The notes beneath the pieces are model-generated. The model had not been told where the DNA came from and did not search any database. It was given only the letters and a program-made list of their open reading frames with translations. A stretch of DNA of 64,000 nucleotides. It comes from a virus. The stretch spans positions 1-64,000 of IMG/VR virus record IMGVR_UViG_3300036715_002570; one strand, given 5' to 3'. Position 1 is the stretch's first letter. The number at the start of each line of letters is the position of its first letter. Below are positions 29,467 to 38,297 of the stretch, one piece after another. Both the position numbers and the translations under genes were made by a program.

Positions 29467-29859
29467 GTGTGGAATTATCACTCCACAAATACGTATTGCT
29501 CTAACGCATGTCAAGCAGATTGGAAGTGGCGGAACGTAACAATTTTGCAGATTGAAGCTGGAGAAAAGTCATACCATGCTGTCAACACTCTAAAGCGATA
29601 CCTATGCGAAAAAGTTGGTGAAAAATGTGCTGTGTGTGGTCAACTTCCGGAGTGGCAAGGTAAACCCTTGGTATTGCAAGTTGATCATATAGATGGAAAC
29701 AGTGATAATAACTTTCCTTCAAACATCAGGTTGATTTGTCCAAATTGTCACACTCAAACGGATACATTTGGTACTAAAGGTCAAGGATCTAGGTATCAGA
29801 AGGTCACTAAACGTAACGCATATATACGAGAATACCGAGGGAGCTTGGCGCAGCGGTAG
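29467..29859 (+). CDS. HNH endonuclease (true start probably further upstream)
   Basis: LQVDHIDGN..NN.P.N.RLICPNCH. Confidence 0.8.
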   Translation: MWNYHSTNTYCSNACQADWKWRNVTILQIEAGEKSYHAVNTLKRYLCEKVGEKCAVCGQLPEWQGKPLVLQVDHIDGNSDNNFPSNIRLICPNCHTQTDTFGTKGQGSRYQKVTKRNAYIREYRGSLAQR

Positions 29860-29912
29860 CGCAACGCTCTTACACAGCGAAGGTCACAGGTTCGATCCCT
29901 GTAGCTCCTACA
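29839..29912 (+). tRNA. tRNA-Val(TAC)
   Basis: Cloverleaf. Confidence 0.9.
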
Positions 29913-30052
29913 TATTAGAGGAACAAAATGTCCAACAAGTTTGACACAATCGACAAGATCGTCAGCCATGTGATGTTCGGGTTCTCGCCTGATGACTTCG
30001 CTCACTTCCAAGGCATCACGCTCGAAGCGATCTGGCACAAGATTCGCGCTGA

Positions 30053-30340
30053 ATGAAAGTTAACCAATACGGTCCACGTCGTGATGACGTAGATGTGTTT
30101 GTAGAGAACAGCACATATGCTCGTCATATATTGAAAGAGCGTATCATGAAGCAACAGTTGCTGCCTAACAAATGCGCAATCTGCTAAATGTCTCCCGCGT
30201 GGAATGGAAAACCACTGATTCTAATTCTAGATCATATCAATGGAGTCAACAATGATAATAGACTTGACAATCTTAGGTTAATCTGTCATAATTGTGACTC
30301 GCAATTGCCGACATACAAATCACGCAATCGCAAGAAGTAA
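30053..30340 (+). pseudogene. HNH endonuclease with in-frame TAA (30185-30187)
   Basis: CAIC*MSPAWNGKPLILILDHING. Confidence 0.75.
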
Positions 30341-30343
30341 ACT

Positions 30344-30430
30344 GGAAAGTTGGCCGAGTGGTTTAAGGCAGCAGTCTTGAAAATTGCCGGGTGTAACAGC
30401 CCCGTGAGTTCGAATCTCACACTTTCCGCA
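30344..30430 (+). tRNA. tRNA-Ser(TGA)
   Basis: Canonical type II cloverleaf. Confidence 0.9.
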
Positions 30431-30433
30431 AAT

Positions 30434-30554
30434 ACAGGATGGCCCGAACACCAACCAGGGAACACTTGAGACGCCTAGCGTCGTGGGTCTGCCGTAGAGT
30501 GTAAACGTCGTACTAGTCACCGATGTATGTGAGGTTGGAGTCCTCACTCCTGTA
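30434..30554 (+). ncRNA. tRNA-like RNA with expanded anticodon region
   Basis: ACAGGA/TCCTGT ends, T-like arm GTGAGG/CCTCAC. Confidence 0.4.
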
Positions 30555-30780
30555 TCAGATAACTGGAGAAAACATGTTTCCTGTACTCTTTCGTACAACG
30601 TGGCGCACATCAGGCTATGCGTTAGCCCAGACAGTCACAGAATTCGACACGTACGAACTGGCTGAAAATGCAATCAAGGCTCTTGATGCATACCAGTCAA
30701 ATCTTCATAAGACAACGAGTCACGTCACTACGCTACCTCACACGGAAGCAATTCGTCTTTACCAATAACAGGAGAAACAA

Positions 30781-30981
30781 ATTCCAATCTACACCTACAA
30801 ATGCAGTCGCTGCAACACGACTGAAGACTACCTCGTCAAGATCAATGATCCAATTCCTCCGTGCAAGGAATGTGGCAACCCTGACCAAGAGAAGCAATTG
30901 TCAACAGGCACAGGATTCTGCCTGATGGGCTACGGTTGGGCCAAGAACGGAATGAACGCCAAAAAGGTTGGTGACAGGTGA
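30781..30981 (+). CDS. FmdB-like zinc ribbon protein (ATT start)
   Basis: PIYTYKCSRC...CKECG after AGGAG. Confidence 0.65.
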   Translation: MPIYTYKCSRCNTTEDYLVKINDPIPPCKECGNPDQEKQLSTGTGFCLMGYGWAKNGMNAKKVGDR

Positions 30982-31029
30982 AGACGCGCACAGAAGTGTG
31001 AGTTGCTCTTGTGGCAACGGAGTCTGGCG

Positions 31030-31187
31030 ACGATCACGTGTGGAATGGTAAGCCGTTAACCCTTGAGTTAGATCACGTAAATAGTGATAATACTGACAAC
31101 AGTTTACGGAATTTGAGAGTGTTATGTCCGCACTGTCATTCTCAGACTCCAACGTTTAGGCGTAAGAAATCCGCGCGAGTGGCGTAA
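31030..31187 (+). pseudogene. HNH endonuclease 3' remnant
   Basis: WNGKPLTLELDHV...LCPHCHSQT. Confidence 0.7.
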
Positions 31188-31256
31188 TTGGTAGCCGCAT
31201 CTGACTTAAAATCAGCCGCCCCTTGGGCGTACGGGTTCGAGTCCCGTCTCGCGCAC
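31173..31256 (+). tRNA. tRNA-Leu(TAA)
   Basis: Canonical type II. Confidence 0.9.
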
Positions 31257-31271
31257 ATAAATAGACGACTG

Positions 31272-31354
31272 CCCCGATGGCGGAATCGGCAGACGCAGCA
31301 GGTTTAGGTCCTGCCGCTCTTTGAGTGTGGGGGTTCGAGTCCCCCTCGGGGCAC
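31272..31354 (+). tRNA. tRNA-Leu(TAG)
   Basis: Canonical type II. Confidence 0.9.
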
Positions 31355-31720
31355 GGAGCCAGGTAACACTGGGCATAATGCACTTCGTCCTCGATAACAG
31401 GCGATCTAAGGTGCGGGAGATTGAGATGACAAAACAAAGCGTCTGCTATGTAACGCTATGTAACGCTGGGCAATGAATCTGCGAACAAGTTTATCGACAT
31501 TAGCAGTGAGTTCGTACGTGCGTACGAATCTCCTGGTGGAGACGGGGTGGTGATCAAAGAGCCGACGTATCTGTCGGTCAGTGCAGACGGCCATAGAGTG
31601 TTTGACGCTTATGGTACTTGCTACTACAATCCCAGGGGATGGATTGTGCTGAAGTGGAATGCCCGTGATTGACACCCACATTTCGTCAAGTAAATACATG
31701 ATGGCTCAGGCCATCTCAAT

Positions 31721-31796
31721 GTCGCAGAAGCTGAAAAGGAACAGCGCTATCCTCCGAAGGTAGAGAATGTGGGTTCGATTCCCATCTGCGGCTCCA
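31721..31796 (+). tRNA. tRNA-Arg(CCG)
   Basis: Cloverleaf, CCA. Confidence 0.8.
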
Positions 31797-31798
31797 AT

Positions 31799-31992
31799 GC
31801 GGGAGTAGCTCAGTAGTGCACAGAGGGCTTACACATTTCGGCCGTACAGTGTGTAAGATGTAAGTGCTGTCTAGGATCGAGTCGGTAATAAGGGCGTGTA
31901 GCTAACGCTTGGAAGATCGATGGGTGATCAGGCGGTAGAGCAGCCAGTTTCTAACTGGAAGGTCGTTGGTTCGATCCCAACTTCCCGTACCA
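31799..31992 (+). tRNA. tRNA-Arg(TCT) with about 119-nt D-loop insertion
   Basis: GCGGGAG/TTCCCGT, GCTC/GAGC D stem around the insert, CCA. Confidence 0.75.
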
Positions 31993-31996
31993 ATAT

Positions 31997-32686
31997 ATGA
32001 ACGTCCAATACCAACTCGCAGAACTGCAGCCATCGGTTTTCCTGATCACGTCAGATAATCGGTACGATCTGGCACAACTATTTGCTTGTGTGCAGGAGTT
32101 CTACGAGAGTTCCGATCCGCAATGGAAAGGTAAACACTTCCCCCGTGAAGTGTTTGAACGTTGGTACGCACTGAATCAATGCGAAGACCACATCTTCTCG
32201 TATCCAATGGATTGGAGTGGATTCAACGTACCGAGTTGGGCGATAGACGAGTTCTATAAGCAGTCGCCGTATAACACCGATAACAACTTCTACGACAGAA
32301 TGATCAAGCACATTGACAGCTTGATTTCTGAGCGTATAGGCGTTGACATCCCGTACTACCTCATCGGGACTCAGTCAAACGATTTGGAAACGCTGGATCA
32401 CGAGATCGCTCATGGGTTGTACGCAACGTCTCCTGGCTACAAAATGATGATGGATGAGCAGATTGGCAACCTGCCAACACGGACTCGCAACCGCCTCGCA
32501 AGTGTGCTAACGAACATGGGATATGCTGAATCAGTGCACGATGATGAGATCCAGGCAAACTTTGCCACGGGATTGACGTCGTACTTTAAGGGCTTTCAGC
32601 GGTTCTGTCCACCATTTATTGAGGCGTTTGAGCAATACCGCCAACCATTCAATCCAGACTTCACGATAGTCCATCCTTGCCCATAA
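31997..32686 (+). CDS. hypothetical protein with HEXXH motif
   Basis: HEIAH...DEIQA. Confidence 0.6.
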   Translation: MNVQYQLAELQPSVFLITSDNRYDLAQLFACVQEFYESSDPQWKGKHFPREVFERWYALNQCEDHIFSYPMDWSGFNVPSWAIDEFYKQSPYNTDNNFYDRMIKHIDSLISERIGVDIPYYLIGTQSNDLETLDHEIAHGLYATSPGYKMMMDEQIGNLPTRTRNRLASVLTNMGYAESVHDDEIQANFATGLTSYFKGFQRFCPPFIEAFEQYRQPFNPDFTIVHPCP

Positions 32687-32965
32687 ATATCCACTCACAC
32701 AGTGGAGACTGGCATGAAACTATTTGAAATCTTGAACGAAATTGATGCAGGTGATCTGTATCTGGCACATATGGTCGATGATCGCCGCAACCGTGGTGAG
32801 CGTGATCGCAACTCTTACCTAACAGGCTTCTGGTTGATCGATCCGACGTCCGGTAAGAAGATTACCGGACCGTTCAAAGATAAGGAAGCAGCACTGCGCT
32901 TCAAGGCCAATCGCCCTGATAAGGTCCCTGCAAACGCTGTTGTAAAACCTCTGTGAAAGTTTTAC

Positions 32966-33048
32966 GTCCCCATGGCTTAGGTAAATAGGTACAGCCAAAC
33001 CTCTTAAAAGGGTTCGCTTTTGTCGGTTCGAATCCGACTGGGGATACA
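32966..33048 (+). tRNA. tRNA-Leu(TAA), short variable arm
   Basis: AACCT-CTTAAAA-GGGTT; similar to 13836-13918. Confidence 0.75.
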
Positions 33049-33361
33049 AAATGAAAAAACAAACACCCGACGTACGACAGCTCGTGTACGTCGTGCAAGA
33101 TTATGATCAGCAATTGTGTGGCGTCTACACCACACTGCGGCTAGCAGCAGAGCGCTACCAACACATCGTAGATCAAGACCTGACAAAGGAAGAGATCGAG
33201 ACGATGATTGAAGAATATGGCGAAGAGTTTCGCTCTCAATTCGAACGGGCTCCCTGTATCGTTGTCTACCGACTAGACACAGGATGGATCTGGTCATACG
33301 ATTCCTTGCACGAAATCAAACATGCTCTTGAGGGTGGAGAGCAATACGACTAAGGAAGACA

Positions 33362-33679
33362 ATGGCTATCGAAGCAACGAGCGAAACGTTCGAACAAGAA
33401 GTACTAAACAGTGATCTGCCCGTACTGGTTGATTTTTGGGCACCGTGGTGTGGACCGTGCAAAGCACTAGCGCCAACGTTTGAAGCGGTTTCTGCTGACT
33501 ATGCAGGGAAGGTCAAATTCGTCAAGGTCAACGTTGACGAGACAGACCTTGCAAGTAAATATGGCGTCCGTGGCATCCCTGCGCTGCTGGCGTTCAGGGG
33601 AGGCCGGGTACAAGCGTCGAAGTCCGGCGCCGTTAGCAAGGCAGTGCTAACGCAACTTGTGGATGCTCAGTTGCTATGA
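33362..33679 (+). CDS. trxA: thioredoxin
   Basis: VLVDFWAPWCGPCK. Confidence 0.95.
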   Translation: MAIEATSETFEQEVLNSDLPVLVDFWAPWCGPCKALAPTFEAVSADYAGKVKFVKVNVDETDLASKYGVRGIPALLAFRGGRVQASKSGAVSKAVLTQLVDAQLL

Positions 33680-33992
33680 TCGAACAAAGCCCCGTGTTCT
33701 ACTATATGTCGTTTGATGAGATCGTTACAGATTTGATGCTGTACAAGATGTCAGAGGCAACAAAGCGGTACCTCAGGGGGCAGTCGGATCAAGCACAGGA
33801 AGTTGCGCGAGTAATGTTTCCCCTGATTAACAACTATTACAGGTTGACGGATCAGGCCAATACGCACACAAACGATATCCTACCGTCTGTGTTCTGTCAG
33901 AAGATATTTCGAACGATCTGGGGTCGTCTCCAATAACGTTGATCGTCACTTCAAACGGTTATACGGTTACTTGACGGAAACTGTTTAGGATA

Positions 33993-34286
33993 ATGATGAG
34001 CAATTTCAATTTCGATGAATGGGCTGAACTGTACCGAACAGACCCCCGCGCCTTCGACAAGAAGCGCCGTGAGGCAACAGATGCAGCAATTGCGAGCGCA
34101 CCGGAGCATCTTCGTGCCAAGTTGCGCGAAACACAAACGCAATGTGATGCAATTCACACAACACAGCCGGGCCGCGAAGGTGCATCACGGATGTTCGCAA
34201 TGATGCATGACAGTCTGTTGGACATGCAAAATGCGTGGTACGATCTCGCATTCGCCCACCGCGAATTGGCAGCCGTTGCCAAGTAG
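33993..34286 (+). CDS. DUF3135-like protein
   Basis: FDEW..L...DP.AF...R...I..AP. Confidence 0.55.
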   Translation: MMSNFNFDEWAELYRTDPRAFDKKRREATDAAIASAPEHLRAKLRETQTQCDAIHTTQPGREGASRMFAMMHDSLLDMQNAWYDLAFAHRELAAVAK

Positions 34287-34325
34287 GTTGAAAACGGCTA
34301 AGGTATTTGACTAAATACCAAACAT

Positions 34326-34418
34326 GGATGGTTAACCGCACAGGCGTGCGGCACTGTTTCGAAAACAGTTGGAGTCGGCTAGAACCCGGCTTGGGGATCA
34401 AGACCTCAGCCATCCGCA
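34326..34418 (+). tRNA. tRNA-Ser(CGA)
   Basis: Type II cloverleaf, atypical T loop. Confidence 0.75.
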
Positions 34419-35110
34419 TAAGGTGAACCACACCCGGCAATTAGAGCCTCAAGTGTCGTACCTACTCATAACTATACTCAGGGGAGACTCTGCTGCGTCC
34501 AGACCATGATAAACTCTTTCACGAGCCAGAACGAGCTGGCTCCTCTAACGGTTACAACAACGTTCGTACCCGTCGCGCGTACGAAGAACGTTTTGATGAT
34601 CGATATTACGACGGCGTGTTGTCGCCGTCGATGATTGGCTCTGTTGCCCGTGAGGGCATGTGCCTCCGCCACAACTGACATTGGAGCGAGGACAAGGGCC
34701 AGCGCTACAACACCAACGCAATCCGTGGCTTGATTCATAAGAACGTTGACTGACCCTATCCGCTTCCGGATAGTTTGCAATAAGGAGATTCACATGCTTT
34801 GTTGCAAATGCCAGTCCCGCCTGTCGCTGAACTTGGAGAAGTTGAAGCTGATGAATAAATACACCTCTGCGGAGGTGCAGCGTGACAACAGTGCGTACAT
34901 ACATCCGTGCAGTTGTGCACGGACATGAGACAGTAGTATTTGAAATTCCAGCATGGAAACCAGGCGTCTGGATTCATTTGTCGAAGAGGGATGTACCACC
35001 AATTGAACGAGCACATTTACACCCTGGATTCAGGTGTAACGTGACGATCAACATTGACGCAGAAACACCAGACCAACTTCATATCCGTGATTGGGGTTTG
35101 GATTGAGCCT

Positions 35111-35186
35111 GTCCCCATAGTTCAAATGGACAGAATAAGACACTCCTAAGGTCAAGATCCGAGTTCGAACCTCGGTGGGGGCTCCA
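35111..35186 (+). tRNA. tRNA-Arg(CCT)
   Basis: Cloverleaf, CCA. Confidence 0.75.
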
Positions 35187-35446
35187 AACATGAAAAAGTA
35201 CATCACGGTAATCAACCCACAAGGCGCCACTCTAGATGGGGTGTTTGTTCCGATTAGCCACAGAATCCTAATTGAGGGAACAACCATGCATGGGTATGAG
35301 AGTACTGCAAAGCTGTTCCCCACATATCAACAGTTTGCTGATTTTGTCAGCCAAGCTGCGCGATCTCCATCAGGTACGACTGGGACCGTGCGTACCCTCA
35401 GTTGGGAAGTTGCCGACGCGTAAAGCGTCATATATACTTGAATCAT

Positions 35447-35532
35447 GCTGGTGTCGCATAGCGGCTATTGCACCGGTCTTGTAAGCCGGCAGGGAAACCT
35501 AATCGTGAGTTCGAGTCTCACCGCCAGCACCA
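35447..35532 (+). tRNA. tRNA-Thr(TGT) with long variable arm
   Basis: CCGGT-CTTGTAA-GCCGG then AGG-GAAA-CCT. Confidence 0.8.
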
Positions 35533-35581
35533 ATTTATGGTAGATCAACCGACTGAGTCATAAATATCCCCAGGAGATTTT

Positions 35582-36223
35582 ATGACCAGCGCTTACCATC
35601 AAATACAACAACACGACGAGTCTATCATCATCGGGATGATGCAAGATGGGCAGTCAAACACTGCAATCATCACCACTCTGGTGAATGAAAAAGCGGCAAG
35701 CGATCCACGAATTCGCAAGTACGTAACCACGATACGAGATCGAGCCGGCATTAAGGCTAAGCGACTACGTCACGCATACGCAGTTGACGATGTTCGCAAC
35801 GCTGTGGCTGCATCCATGTGTATGTCCGACGTCCTTCGCATACTGGGGTTAGCTACCCACGGCGGCAATGGTGAAACAATTCACCGACTGATCTGTGATC
35901 ATGAAATTGACATCTCTCACTTTGACGTCAACTACAGCCGGACCCGCAACCGTCGGCAGTGGACTCGAGAAACTGTGTTTGTTCAGCACTCCAAGGTGCC
36001 ACGACCAACCCTCTCTGGCTACGTGAAGCGGTTCAACGCACTTGAATACAAGTGTACCGGCTGTGGAAATCCCGGTGAGTGGTTGGGTAAACCTATCACG
36101 CTAACAGTTGATCATAAGAACGGCGTGAGTGACGATAATCGCATTGAAAATTTACGTTACCTCTGCCCTAACTGCCATGCACAGACAGATACATTTGGCA
36201 ACAGGAATAGAACCACTAAATGA
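35582..36223 (+). CDS. HNH endonuclease
   Basis: VDHKNG..DDNRIENLRYLCPNCH. Confidence 0.85.
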   Translation: MTSAYHQIQQHDESIIIGMMQDGQSNTAIITTLVNEKAASDPRIRKYVTTIRDRAGIKAKRLRHAYAVDDVRNAVAASMCMSDVLRILGLATHGGNGETIHRLICDHEIDISHFDVNYSRTRNRRQWTRETVFVQHSKVPRPTLSGYVKRFNALEYKCTGCGNPGEWLGKPITLTVDHKNGVSDDNRIENLRYLCPNCHAQTDTFGNRNRTTK

Positions 36224-36240
36224 CTAACAAACGTTGACGA

Positions 36241-36708
36241 ATGACCCGAATCAATCTTGTCGATCCTGTTGAACTAACAGACCAACACCTGATCGCTGAG
36301 TACCGCGAAACGCGCCTGTTGACAGCGAACATGCGTAAGTCGTTTAGGCTGACGGGGTACGATAAGCAAAAGATCCCGAAGCAGTTTACGTTGAATGCAG
36401 GGCACGTAACGTTCTTCAAGAACAAGGGCCCGTACATCTCCAATCGGTATCACAAGTTGATCTACGAGATGGAAAACTGTTGGTTTACCCCCACGTACAC
36501 GTCAATCGATACAACTGCGTGGCCAGCCAATTGCTTCAACGACTGGACACCTACAGAGCGTGACAAACAAATCGTCCGTGAGCGAATCGCCTTGCGGATA
36601 TCGGCTAAACCGTTGTGGTATCGGTACTACAGCAAACCTCTCGGAGAACTCTATGACGCGCGTTGTCGAATGTCCAACCTCAGCTCTACAGCTCCTGCAC
36701 GAACCTGA
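36241..36708 (+). CDS. denV: pyrimidine-dimer DNA glycosylase (endonuclease V)
   Basis: MTRINL...L.DQHL.AEYRE, GHVTFF. Confidence 0.9.
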   Translation: MTRINLVDPVELTDQHLIAEYRETRLLTANMRKSFRLTGYDKQKIPKQFTLNAGHVTFFKNKGPYISNRYHKLIYEMENCWFTPTYTSIDTTAWPANCFNDWTPTERDKQIVRERIALRISAKPLWYRYYSKPLGELYDARCRMSNLSSTAPART

Positions 36709-37171
36709 TAATCGGTACGTGTTCCTTGCAGGCGGAATCTCAGGATGCCCCGACTGGCAGAAGGAGATGATCGCTCGCTTCAAGGGCGTTGATGATCACC
36801 TCGTGCTCGTCAATCCACGTCGTGCCTCCTTCGATATTACCAACCCATCAGAGAGCGATTTCCAGATCGAATGGGAGGCAACGCATTTGCATATGTGCGA
36901 TGCTGCGATCTTCTGGTTTCCGTTTCACACACTGTGTCCGATTACGCTGTTCGAAATTGGCAAGCATGCAGAACAGGGAATGACGCTATTCGTTGGCTGC
37001 CATCCTGCATATGCCCGTGCGTTCGACGTGCGCAAGCAGCTATCTCTGATGCGTCCGGATATCGTCGTGCATGACAGTTTCACCCCGTTGGTGGAACAGA
37101 CGATTGACTGGTATCATCGTTCTGTTGATGAGAACCGATTCATCGCTGAGTCAGTTGGTGGCAACACTTAA
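36653..37171 (+). CDS. nucleoside 2-deoxyribosyltransferase-like protein
   Basis: FLAGGI..CPDWQ, NPRR, QIEWE, PITLFE.G. Confidence 0.8.
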   Translation: MTRVVECPTSALQLLHEPDNRYVFLAGGISGCPDWQKEMIARFKGVDDHLVLVNPRRASFDITNPSESDFQIEWEATHLHMCDAAIFWFPFHTLCPITLFEIGKHAEQGMTLFVGCHPAYARAFDVRKQLSLMRPDIVVHDSFTPLVEQTIDWYHRSVDENRFIAESVGGNT

Positions 37172-37570
37172 ACAGGCTTAGAGGAAGTTCGGGGCTACAC
37201 AGAGCAAGACTCGGCGCTCTGTGGGAGACACCATGTGCACTTACGGAAGCCGTCCTTGAGACGAGTTGACCTTCCAGTGCCTCGACAGTCGGGTAGAATA
37301 CGCTAGTGCTCTGAGCATGAAGGTCGCAATAGGTTGGTAGCCGCCGCGATCAGTTCCCTCGAGTAGGCGTACCTATCTGGACAACATGCCGTTCGCGGGC
37401 CGGGAGGTGCGGTCGTTTGTACCACAACGTTGACTGTAGCAAGCCAAACAGATCCTGCTGACGTTGCTCGCCGAGGGATCGGGTTGGTGCAGCTGCCTAT
37501 AAACGGCAGCCAGGTCGTAAGGCCTGAGATGAATGATGAATTAGAAACAGGACTCCGGCTATGAGTTCTC
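37130..37570 (+). ncRNA. rnpB: RNase P RNA
   Basis: P1 GAGAAC/GTTCTC, P2 TTCATC/GATGAA, GAGGAAGTTCGGGGC, GCAAGCCAAA, AGATGAATGA, ACAGGACTCCGGCT. Confidence 0.85.
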
Positions 37571-38011
37571 CGCGACACTGCTAGCGCTCAAATATTGGAT
37601 TGCACTTTCCAGTATTTGGGCGTTATCTTTTGCCAAGCCCAACATTACATTGCAGTTTCGACAGAGGATTCCACGCACAGCTCCGGTAGTGTGGCAGTGA
37701 TCGACGGCAACCAAATTGGATGTGATGGGCGCTAGCTTGTCTTTGCATATAGCACACTTACCATCTTGATCAACGATCATTTGCTTTTTGTGCTCTAACG
37801 TAATGCCGTACTTCTGCTGAAGGCGCTCACACGGCGTCATTCGTCTTCGATTCGGATGTGATTTCGACCATGCTCGCGATTTGGCCTTAGCGCACTCCTT
37901 GCACTTTGAATGGATGACCCCTTCTTTTGACTTGTAGAAATCTGGTTCTGGCTTGATAGTAGCACATTGCTTGCATTGTTTCATGCAGCTATTTACATCC
38001 TTAACACACAA
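37559..38011 (-). CDS. endonuclease VII-like HNH endonuclease
   Basis: Q.GKCAIC, VDHCH.TG.VRG.LC..CN..LG. Confidence 0.85.
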   Translation of the reverse strand: MCVKDVNSCMKQCKQCATIKPEPDFYKSKEGVIHSKCKECAKAKSRAWSKSHPNRRRMTPCERLQQKYGITLEHKKQMIVDQDGKCAICKDKLAPITSNLVAVDHCHTTGAVRGILCRNCNVMLGLAKDNAQILESAIQYLSASSVAENS

Positions 38012-38297
38012 GGAAACACCATGTTTCTACTCGGTCTTTTCATCGGTTTCGTTGTCGGTTTTGTGTTTGGTCCCAAGCTGCGGGACGAATACAACTCTGT
38101 TGCGAACAAGTGAACGTAAGTGAGCGGTTTTGTCCGCTCACTTACGTTCACCCTTCATATATACGGTTGTTGAGATGATTGCGGATCGCATTTATTGTTT
38201 CAACAACCGTAACGAGAAGTCAGGCCTCATCAAATTCTGACACAACAGCCAATCGGACAGACCGATTGCGTATCAACTATTGCAAAGGAACTTTGCC

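Noticed and set aside
10350-30187. Stop-codon reassignment suggested by in-frame TGA (10350) and TAA (30185)
   Set aside because: Isolated cases in mobile nucleases; intact genes end at all three stops; no suppressor tRNA seen.
31942-31960. Amber suppressor reading (CTA) of the TTTCTAA loop
   Set aside because: The central triplet of the 7-nt loop is TCT (Arg); same for 63201-63270.
34440-34735. tmRNA
   Set aside because: No tRNA-Ala-like ends or ..AA-stop tag frame recognised.
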